Assembly (NCBI GenBank): GCA_944387895.1
Contig: CALXGQ010000021.1
Coordinates: forward strand, 15,199-79,198
Length of the DNA stretch: 64,000 nt
Source: an uncultured Clostridia bacterium
GTDB taxonomy: Bacteria > Bacillota > Clostridia > Oscillospirales > QAKW01
Reading direction: 5' to 3'
The notes below the pieces were generated by a model. The model worked only from the letters and a program-made list of their open reading frames with translations. It was not told where the DNA came from and did not search any database. The translations under genes and the position numbers were made by a program. Position 1 is the stretch's first letter; each line of letters opens with the position of its first letter. Shown piece by piece: positions 56,934-64,000 of this stretch.

Positions 56934-57205
56934 AAAGCCGCGCTCCTCTCCGCCCTTCGCCGCGCCGGGGTGGCGGGCAAAAGAATCAAAAAACATCCAC
57001 TCGATTCTGCCGCGGCAACACCGGACGTGAGCCCCAAAAGCTCCCGCCGGCCGCGGCGACAGCTACATTATAGCAGATCTTTTGAGAAAATAAAAGGGTC
57101 TTTCCGGAGCGATCCGGCTTTTTCTTCCATTTCAGACGAAAGAACACTTTATTTTTTTTAAAAATCATGATAAAATGTGATTAACTGTATAATAAGGAGA
57201 AGTTC

Positions 57206-58936
57206 ATGTTCAAGCTGCTGAAATATTTGAAACACTATACAGCCGAAAGCATTCTGGGGCCGCTTTTCAAGCTTCTGGAGGCGACGCTGGAGCTGCTGGT
57301 TCCGCTGGCGGTGGCGGCCATTGTGGATCAGGGCATCACCGGCGAGGACCAGTCCGCCATCTGGAAATACGGCGCCCTGCTGGGGATTTTCAGCCTGGTC
57401 GGGCTGATTTTCTCCGTTACCGCCCAGTTTTTTGCCGCCCGGGCGGCGGTGGGCTTTACCGCCCGGGTGCGCGCCGTGCTGTTCCGGCATATTCAGCGCT
57501 TCACCTACGAGCAGGCGGATCAGGCCGGCGCCTCCACCCTGATCACCCGCATGACCAGCGATATGAATCAGGTGCAGACCGCCGTCAACCTCACGCTGCG
57601 GCTCCTGCTGCGGTCGCCCTTCGTTGTGCTGGGCGCCATGGTCATGGCCTTTACCATCGACTGGAAGGCCGCCATGATCTTTCTGCTTGCGATCCCCACG
57701 CTCTCTGTTGTGATCTTCGGCATTATGCTGGCCTGTATCCCCCTTTATAAAAAGGTACAGGCGGCGCTGGATCTGGTTCTGGGCAAGACCCGGGAAAACC
57801 TTTCCGGCGTTCGGGTCATCCGGGCGTTCTGCAAGGAGGAGGAAGAGATCGCCGCCTTTGATCGGCGCAACGATGTGCTGACCGCCGCCCAGAAATTTGT
57901 GGGCAGGATCTCGGCGCTGATGAACCCCCTCACCTTCCTGCTCATCAATCTCTGCATCATTCTGCTGATCCACGTCGGCTCCGTTCGGGTGGAAAGCGGG
58001 ATCCTCTCCCAGGGGGAAGTGGTCGCGCTCTATAACTATATGTCCCAGATCCTGGTGGAGCTGGTCAAAATGGCCGGGCTGATCATCAGCATCACCAAGG
58101 GCGTCGCCTGCGGGAACCGGGTTCAGGCGGTGCTGGAGCTGCCCGCCGGCCGTCCGGCGCAGCAAGGCATGGAGCATCCCGACGCAGAAGGCTCGGCAGT
58201 AGCGTTCCGCGGCGTTTCCTTCCGCTACGCCGGGGCGCAGGAGGACGCCCTCTCCGACATCAGCCTGACGCTGATGCCCGGCGAAACTCTGGGGGTGATC
58301 GGCGGGACCGGCGCCGGAAAAACCACGCTGGTCAACCTGATCCCCCGCTTTTACGACGTCAGCAAAGGCAGCGTTCTCTTCGGGGGAAAGGACGTCCGGT
58401 CGCTGCCGGAGGACGCCCTCAGGAGCCGGATCGGCATCGTTCCGCAAAAGGCGGTGCTGTTTCAGGGCACCATCCGTGAGAATCTCTGCTGGGGCAGGGA
58501 GGACGCGACGGAGGAGGAGCTGATGGCCGCGCTGAAGGCCGCCCAGGCGGAAGACGTCATTCGGCAAAATCCCCAGGGACTGGACGCTCCGGTGCGGCAG
58601 AACGGCCGTAACTTTTCCGGCGGACAGCGCCAGCGGCTGACCATCGCCCGCGCGCTGGTTCGCAGGCCGGAGCTGCTGATTCTGGACGACAGCGCCTCGG
58701 CTCTGGACTACGCCACCGACGCCGCCCTGCGGCAGGCGATCCGCAGCCTGCCCTGGCGGCCGGCCACCGTCCTTGTTTCCCAGCGCGCCGCTTCCATCGC
58801 CCATGCGGATCACATCCTGGTGCTGGACGACGGCGCTGCGGCAGGCTACGGCACCCATGCCTCCCTGCTGCAATCCTGCCCCGTTTACCGGGAGATCTAC
58901 GAATCCCAATTTGAAAAGGAGGGTGCGGCGGAATGA
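57206..58936 (+). CDS. ABC exporter half-transporter (TMD-NBD) with degenerate ATPase motifs
   Basis: 576 aa. Walker A is GGTGAGKTT and the signature FSGGQRQ. Walker B is LLILDDSAS (Asp in place of the catalytic Glu). The H-loop is replaced (VSQRAAS). Confidence 0.85.
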   Translation: MFKLLKYLKHYTAESILGPLFKLLEATLELLVPLAVAAIVDQGITGEDQSAIWKYGALLGIFSLVGLIFSVTAQFFAARAAVGFTARVRAVLFRHIQRFTYEQADQAGASTLITRMTSDMNQVQTAVNLTLRLLLRSPFVVLGAMVMAFTIDWKAAMIFLLAIPTLSVVIFGIMLACIPLYKKVQAALDLVLGKTRENLSGVRVIRAFCKEEEEIAAFDRRNDVLTAAQKFVGRISALMNPLTFLLINLCIILLIHVGSVRVESGILSQGEVVALYNYMSQILVELVKMAGLIISITKGVACGNRVQAVLELPAGRPAQQGMEHPDAEGSAVAFRGVSFRYAGAQEDALSDISLTLMPGETLGVIGGTGAGKTTLVNLIPRFYDVSKGSVLFGGKDVRSLPEDALRSRIGIVPQKAVLFQGTIRENLCWGREDATEEELMAALKAAQAEDVIRQNPQGLDAPVRQNGRNFSGGQRQRLTIARALVRRPELLILDDSASALDYATDAALRQAIRSLPWRPATVLVSQRAASIAHADHILVLDDGAAAGYGTHASLLQSCPVYREIYESQFEKEGAAE

Positions 58937-60678
58937 ACCGGAATAAAAACGGCGTTTGGCGCAGCGTTCTGCGGCGCCTGAAAAAATATACCGGCTGGAT
59001 CGTCCTCTCGATCCTTTTATCCGCCGTCACCGTGGTGGGCTCCCTCTGGATCCCCATTCTGGTCGGCCGCGCCATCGACTGTATCATTGCGGCGGGAAGG
59101 GTGGATTTTGCGTCCCTCAAAACCCTCTTTCTCCAGATCGCCATCATCGCCGGCGCGACCGCCGCCCTGCAATGGGTGATGAACGCCATCAACAATAAAG
59201 TCGTTTATCAGGTGGTCGGGGATGTGCGCAGGGAAGCGATCCGAAAGCTGCAAAAGCTTCCCCTCTCCTATCTGGACGCCCATTCCTCCGGCGACACCAT
59301 CAGCCGCATCATCACCGATGTCGATCAGTTTGCCGACGGCCTCCTGCTGGGTTTCACGCAGCTTTTTTCCGGAGTGGTGACGATTCTTGCCACCCTGATC
59401 CTGATGCTGACCATTCATCCCGGCATCACCCTACTGGTGGTGGTTCTGACGCCCCTTTCCCTGCTTTCGGCCCGTTTCATCGCCGGGCGAACCTACCGGA
59501 TGTTCCACCGTCAGTCCAAAATCCGGGGGGAGCAGACCGCGTTTATCGACGAGATGATCGGCAATCAGAAGGTGGTGCAGGCCTTCGGCCGCGAAAAGAG
59601 CAACGCCGCCCAATTCGACGCGATCAATGAACGGCTGAAAAAAGCCTCCCTGAACGCCACCTTTTTCTCGTCGCTGACCAACCCCTGCACCCGATTCATC
59701 AACAACATCATCTACGCCGGCGTGGCTCTGACCGGCGCGCTGACGGCGCTGAGCGGCGGCCTGACCGTTGGCGGGCTAACCTGTTTTCTGAGCTATGCCA
59801 ATCAATACACCAAGCCCTTCAACGAAATTTCAGGCGTCATCACCGAGCTGCAAAACGCCCTGGCCTGCGCCGCGCAGATCTTTGCGCTGACCGACGACGC
59901 CCCGGAGCTGACCGAAACCGGCGATCAGGCGCTGCCCCCGGCCACCGGGCGCGTCAGCCTGGAGCAGGTTTCCTTTTCCTACCGCCCGGATCAGAAGCTG
60001 ATCGAAAACCTGAATCTTTCCGTAGCTCCCGGGCGGCGGATCGCCATCGTGGGGCCCACCGGCTGCGGAAAAACCACGCTGATCAACCTGCTGATGCGGT
60101 TCTACGACGTCCGCAGCGGCAGCATCGCCGTCGACGGCCGGGATATCCGTTCCGTTACCCGCCAGTCCCTGCGCCGCAACTTTGGCATGGTGCTTCAGGA
60201 CACCTGGATCAAGGCGGGCACCGTTGCGGAAAACATTGCCATCGGCAAGCCCGACGCCTCCCGGGAAGAGATCATCGCCGCCGCCAAAGCCGCCCATGCC
60301 CATGGCTTCATCAAGCGCCTGCCCCAGGGCTACGATACCCTTTTATCCGACGAAAGCGGCAGCCTTTCCCAGGGTCAGCGCCAGCTGCTCTGCATCGCCC
60401 GCGTGATGCTCCGGCTCCCGCCCATGCTGATTCTGGACGAAGCGACCTCCTCGATCGATACCCGCACCGAGCTGAAAATCCAGGACGCTTTTGCCGCCAT
60501 GATGAAGGGCCGCACCAGCTTCATTGTCGCCCACCGGCTCTCCACCATCCGGAATGCCGACGTCATCCTGGTGATGAAGGACGGCCAGATCATCGAGCAG
60601 GGCAATCATGCCCAGCTTCTGCAACAAAACGGTTTTTACTCTCAGTTATATCATAGCCAGTTTAACCCGACTGTATAA
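58933..60678 (+). CDS. ABC exporter half-transporter (TMD-NBD) with a canonical NBD and a deviant signature
   Basis: 581 aa. Walker A is GPTGCGKTT, Walker B LILDEATSS and the H-loop AHRLST. The signature is LSQGQRQ. ATGA overlap with the upstream gene. Confidence 0.85.
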   Translation: MNRNKNGVWRSVLRRLKKYTGWIVLSILLSAVTVVGSLWIPILVGRAIDCIIAAGRVDFASLKTLFLQIAIIAGATAALQWVMNAINNKVVYQVVGDVRREAIRKLQKLPLSYLDAHSSGDTISRIITDVDQFADGLLLGFTQLFSGVVTILATLILMLTIHPGITLLVVVLTPLSLLSARFIAGRTYRMFHRQSKIRGEQTAFIDEMIGNQKVVQAFGREKSNAAQFDAINERLKKASLNATFFSSLTNPCTRFINNIIYAGVALTGALTALSGGLTVGGLTCFLSYANQYTKPFNEISGVITELQNALACAAQIFALTDDAPELTETGDQALPPATGRVSLEQVSFSYRPDQKLIENLNLSVAPGRRIAIVGPTGCGKTTLINLLMRFYDVRSGSIAVDGRDIRSVTRQSLRRNFGMVLQDTWIKAGTVAENIAIGKPDASREEIIAAAKAAHAHGFIKRLPQGYDTLLSDESGSLSQGQRQLLCIARVMLRLPPMLILDEATSSIDTRTELKIQDAFAAMMKGRTSFIVAHRLSTIRNADVILVMKDGQIIEQGNHAQLLQQNGFYSQLYHSQFNPTV

Positions 60679-60688
60679 AATTCACCGC

Positions 60689-60717
60689 TTGCAAAATCTT
60701 TGAAACTATGTTAAGAT
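60689..60717 (+). promoter_or_regulatory. Promoter of the downstream TetR gene (TTGCAA-17-TAAGAT)
   Basis: Motifs lie at 60689-60694 and 60712-60717. The small inverted repeat GTTA-N3-TAAC overlaps the -10. Confidence 0.45.
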
Positions 60718-60739
60718 AACAGTCGGGGGGTGTAGAAAA

Positions 60740-61300
60740 ATGTCGCAACGGACCAGAACGGCCATTATGGAGGCCTTTACCCGCCAGATTGAGCAGAAAC
60801 CGTTGGATCGCATCACCGTCAAAGATATTGTTGAGGATTGCGATATCACCCGCAACACGTTTTATTATCATTTTGAGGACATTTACGGGCTGGCCAAAGA
60901 GGTTCTTGCCGAGCGGCTGCGGCAGATCAGCATGGAATTTGCGCCGAACGAGGACTGGGAGGAGCTGCTCCTGCTGCTGGCCCGGCAGATGACGCAGCAC
61001 ACCCGCTCCATCCGGCATCTCTTCCGCTCCACCAAAAGCGATGAGATCCGGCGCTTCATGGCGGAGATTTTTTCCATTCTTCTAAACCACCTTTTCGACC
61101 ATCTGGCGGAAGGGCGCCGGGTTTCGGCGGAGGATCGCCGCCTGATCATTGATTTTTACCGCTTTGCCATCACCGGTGTTGCGGAACGCTGGCTGAAGGA
61201 GCGCGACAGGCAAAACCCGGAAGAGCTGGCGCACCGCCTTTCTCTGCTTTTGCAGAGCGGAATGCGGCAGGCCATTCAGGATACCTGCAGTCCCTGCTGA
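60740..61300 (+). CDS. TetR/AcrR family transcriptional regulator
   Basis: 186 aa. The HTH is ITVKDIVEDCDITRNTFYYHFEDIYGL. Confidence 0.85.
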   Translation: MSQRTRTAIMEAFTRQIEQKPLDRITVKDIVEDCDITRNTFYYHFEDIYGLAKEVLAERLRQISMEFAPNEDWEELLLLLARQMTQHTRSIRHLFRSTKSDEIRRFMAEIFSILLNHLFDHLAEGRRVSAEDRRLIIDFYRFAITGVAERWLKERDRQNPEELAHRLSLLLQSGMRQAIQDTCSPC

Positions 61301-61318
61301 AAAATTTGGGCAAATTTT

Positions 61319-61354
61319 CTTCCGTGCGCAATTTTTGTGCACGGAAGTTTTTTT
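61319..61354 (+). terminator. Intrinsic terminator after the TetR gene
   Basis: The stem CTTCCGTGC/GCACGGAAG is followed by TTTTTTT. Confidence 0.75.
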
Positions 61355-61364
61355 ATCCATTTTA

Positions 61365-61393
61365 TTGCAAGGCGCCTTCGGTTAAAATATAAT
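61365..61393 (+). promoter_or_regulatory. Promoter of the DUF308 gene (TTGCAA-17-TATAAT)
   Basis: Motifs lie at 61365-61370 and 61388-61393. Confidence 0.55.
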
Positions 61394-61421
61394 TGTCATT
61401 TTCCATAAAGGAGTGTTCCCT

Positions 61422-61964
61422 ATGAATTTCGTCAAGCAGGCAAAAGCGCTTTATGTGATATCGGCGCTGCTGATCCTCCTGACCGGCCTGATCCTTTTTA
61501 TCTTTCCCGCCGCCTCGGCGGAGCTGATCTGCTATGCCGGCGGAGGCCTGCTGATTTTCTGCGGTATCGCCCGGATCATCGGATATTTTTCCGGCGATCC
61601 CTACCGGCTGGCCTTTCAGTTCGATCTGGCGCTGGGGATCCTTTTTTGCGCGCTGGGCGTTTTTCTGATTCTCCATCCCCTCGCCGCCGTTTCCGCGCTG
61701 TCCGTCGCCGCCGGGCTTTATATGCTGCTGGAGGGCGTTTTCAAGCTACAAACGGCGGTAGACGCCAAGCGGTTCGGGCTGACCAAATGGTGGGTGATTC
61801 TGGCCGGAGCGCTGATCTGCATCCTGATGGGTGTCCTGCTGGTGCTGCATCCCTTCCGGGGCGGATCGACCATGCTCATGCTGATCGGATTATCCCTCGC
61901 CATAAACGGGATCCAGCATCTTTTCAACGCCCTCTATACGGTTCGCCCTCGCAAAAGCCCCTGA
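61422..61964 (+). CDS. HdeD/DUF308-family membrane protein
   Basis: 180 aa from ATG 61422 (AAAGGAG RBS), with six short TM helices and repeated GxxxxxxG spacing. Confidence 0.6.
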   Translation: MNFVKQAKALYVISALLILLTGLILFIFPAASAELICYAGGGLLIFCGIARIIGYFSGDPYRLAFQFDLALGILFCALGVFLILHPLAAVSALSVAAGLYMLLEGVFKLQTAVDAKRFGLTKWWVILAGALICILMGVLLVLHPFRGGSTMLMLIGLSLAINGIQHLFNALYTVRPRKSP

Positions 61965-61980
61965 AAGGAGAGTAAAAACC

Positions 61981-62550
61981 ATGAAAGAAACCCGATTCCA
62001 CGGTCAATTCTTTACCATTCCCAATTTACTGAGCTATCTGCGGCTTGCCCTGATCCCTGCCATTGTCTGGCTCTACGTTGTGCAGGAATCCTATACGGCA
62101 GCGGCATGGATGATGGCTTTTTCCGCCGCCACCGACATTGTGGACGGCTTTATCGCCCGCCATTATCATCTGGTTACGGACTGGGGCAAGATCATTGATC
62201 CCATCGCCGATAAGCTGACCCAGATCACCATCTGCTTCTGCCTGGCGTGGCGCTTTGTTCCGGTGCGGTTCATGCTGATCCTGCTGATCTGCAAGGAGGT
62301 CTATATGGGGATCATCGGCCTGGTCTTTATTCATAAAACCGATTCGGTCGAAGGCGCCGTCTGGTACGGAAAAATGACTACAGTACTCTTTTTCCTCGTA
62401 GCGCTGCTGCTGATCCTCTTCCCCGGAATGCCCACTCCGGCGGTTTCGATTCTGGTGGCCGTGGAAAGCGCCTCCATCATCCTTTCCATGGTTCTTTACA
62501 CCGCCCGCTACCTGCGGCTGTACCACGCCCACAAAGCCGAAAACGCTTAA
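61981..62550 (+). CDS. CDP-alcohol phosphatidyltransferase family protein (PgsA-like)
   Basis: 189 aa. The signature D-x2-DG-x2-AR-x8-G-x3-D-x3-D is present (TDIVDGFIARHYHLVTDWGKIIDPIADK). Confidence 0.8.
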   Translation: MKETRFHGQFFTIPNLLSYLRLALIPAIVWLYVVQESYTAAAWMMAFSAATDIVDGFIARHYHLVTDWGKIIDPIADKLTQITICFCLAWRFVPVRFMLILLICKEVYMGIIGLVFIHKTDSVEGAVWYGKMTTVLFFLVALLLILFPGMPTPAVSILVAVESASIILSMVLYTARYLRLYHAHKAENA

Positions 62551-62568
62551 ATCTCTCCCCATAAAACG

Positions 62569-62608
62569 CCTCTCCGATCGGTTTTGAACCGACCGGAGAG
62601 GTATTTTT
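62569..62608. terminator. Hairpin terminator between the convergent PgsA-like and GNAT genes
   Basis: The 13-bp stem CCTCTCCGATCGG/CCGACCGGAGAGG (1 mismatch) is followed by TATTTTT. Confidence 0.6.
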
Positions 62609-63068
62609 ATCCCGTGATCCTTTTCATCATCACAAAATTTTTCAGCAAAATCCCCCTGCGCTCCACCCTTTGCTCCCGCAGCACCTGATACCCCCGGTTG
62701 GCAAAAAACGCCCGGGCGGTAAGGGAGGCGTGGGTGACGATGGTTTCCGTTTGCGCGGCGGCCTCCAGCCTGTCGCAAAGCGCCGAACCGATCCCGCGCC
62801 CCTGCATCGCGCAATGGACATACAGACGATCCAGATAGCCGGTTTGGGGATCAATATCGCCAAACCCGGCAAGAGCCCCCTCCTCTACCGCCACAAAAGC
62901 AACGTGCTCCAGCAGCGAGCGGTTCCATTTCTCCAGAGCGGGAACCTCCGGCGCCCAGACCTGGAGCTGCTCTGCGGTATAATCACGGGCGTTCACGGTA
63001 TGAACCGTCCGGTAAAACAGCAGCGCCGTTTCCGGCCCGTCCTTTGGGTCATATCTGCGTATCAGCAT
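62607..63068 (-). CDS. GNAT family N-acetyltransferase
   Basis: 153 aa. The acetyl-CoA-binding region is LYVHCAMQGRGIGSALCDRLE. It overlaps the LysR stop by 20 nt. Confidence 0.8.
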   Translation of the reverse strand: MLIRRYDPKDGPETALLFYRTVHTVNARDYTAEQLQVWAPEVPALEKWNRSLLEHVAFVAVEEGALAGFGDIDPQTGYLDRLYVHCAMQGRGIGSALCDRLEAAAQTETIVTHASLTARAFFANRGYQVLREQRVERRGILLKNFVMMKRITG

Positions 63069-63996
63069 AGTGCGCCTCCCTTTCTGCGTTCCCGCCGGCC
63101 GCTCCGCCGCTCCGGTCCAGCATTGCCTGCTCCAGTCTGCGGGCCGCCACGCTCATGGGGCGATCCGTTTTCCGGAAAAGACAAATCCCGCGGCGCGGAA
63201 TCTCCTGCCGGATCGACAGCGGAAATACCGCCCCCTGCTCCAGATCCGCCGCCGCCAGCTCCCGGGGCAGGAACCCGATCCCCAGATCGTTGCGGATCAT
63301 CGGCAGAATCTGATCCGCCGTCGCCACCTCGATCTCCGGCTCCAGCTTCAGCCCGTGCTCCATGAACCAGCCGGAATAAAGCTCATAGGTTTTGGTCTGC
63401 GGCCCCAGACAAATAAGAGGGAACCGCGCTAATTCCGCCAAATCAAGGGTTCTTCCGGCAAGCTGTGCAAGGGAAGGCCCGCATACGGCGATCTCGGAAA
63501 ATTCTTTTAAAACAGTCCTGCTCATCTGCTCCGGAATGTTATGGGGCGTAGTCGATACTGCCAGATCTACCAGCCCGTGATCCAGCGCAAGGATCGCCTG
63601 GGGGGTCGAATGATTGGTCACGCGGATCCGTATGGCGGGATACTGCCGGTGAAACTGCTTCAAAACCGGCAGCAGAAAGCAATGCAGCGCCAGCTCGCTG
63701 GCGCCGATGGAAACCATCCCGCTCTGCAGCTCCCGCTCCAGAGAAAGCTCTTCCTCCCCCAGGGTGATATGTTCCACCGCAACGGCCACGTGCCGGTAGA
63801 GCTTCTCCCCTTCCGGCGTCAGGCTCACCCCCCGATTGCTGCGGATAAACAACACGCACCCCAGCTCATTCTCCAGATTCCGGATGATCCGCGTGATGTT
63901 GGGCTGGTTATTCAGCAGATATGCCGCCGCCCGGGTAAAGCTGCGGAGCTTTGCAACATAATAAAATACCCGATAATACTCATAGTTGATATACAC
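63049..63996 (-). CDS. LysR family transcriptional regulator
   Basis: 315 aa. The N-terminal HTH is YYRVFYYVAKLRSFTRAAAYLLNNQPNITRIIRNLENELG, followed by a substrate-binding domain. Confidence 0.85.
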   Translation of the reverse strand: MYINYEYYRVFYYVAKLRSFTRAAAYLLNNQPNITRIIRNLENELGCVLFIRSNRGVSLTPEGEKLYRHVAVAVEHITLGEEELSLERELQSGMVSIGASELALHCFLLPVLKQFHRQYPAIRIRVTNHSTPQAILALDHGLVDLAVSTTPHNIPEQMSRTVLKEFSEIAVCGPSLAQLAGRTLDLAELARFPLICLGPQTKTYELYSGWFMEHGLKLEPEIEVATADQILPMIRNDLGIGFLPRELAAADLEQGAVFPLSIRQEIPRRGICLFRKTDRPMSVAARRLEQAMLDRSGGAAGGNAEREAHYADTQI

Positions 63997-64000
63997 CGAC

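Overview
High-GC (about 60-65%) Firmicutes/Clostridia-type chromosomal segment, densely packed with mostly housekeeping operons. I count about 60 supportable CDS, 2 tRNAs, and many near-consensus SigA promoters and intrinsic terminators. Gene content left to right: glpP and a SpoVB-like flippase. metF plus a split methionine synthase. A lipase. A NifU-like/GGGtGRT/Nif11-like operon of unknown function. tetR-degV. An ACT+DUF711 pair. ispE and tRNA-Thr. An oxidative TCA-branch operon (Re-citrate-synthase-like, GntR, aconitase, IDH). The dgt-dnaG-rpoD operon with a coupled iron-sulfur flavoprotein gene. tRNA-Lys, pdxK, luxS, nagA, a PanT-like gene and coaX. A GH13 gene plus glgBCDAP. A CPBP protease, a cyclophilin and a CYTH protein. 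A sigI/rsgI-like module followed by a related lipoprotein and a CotH kinase. A roughly 2-kb AT-rich decayed integrative-element remnant. rnfCDGEAB plus NusG-II and Gx genes. topB, a heterodimeric ABC exporter, TetR, DUF308, a PgsA-like gene, GNAT and LysR. No CRISPR array, rRNA, intact transposase or recognisable defence system was seen. The two loci most worth follow-up are the SigI/RsgI module and the GGGtGRT operon. In the SigI/RsgI module the anti-sigma factor has a poly-Asp tail. The adjacent lipoprotein shares the RsgI juxtamembrane domain. A 28-bp promoter motif (ACCCCG-N18-CGTA) is duplicated in front of sigI and the lipoprotein gene. In the GGGtGRT operon the Nif11-like small protein has a leader-GG-tail layout. 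All functional calls rest on motif recognition by eye, because no searches could be run.
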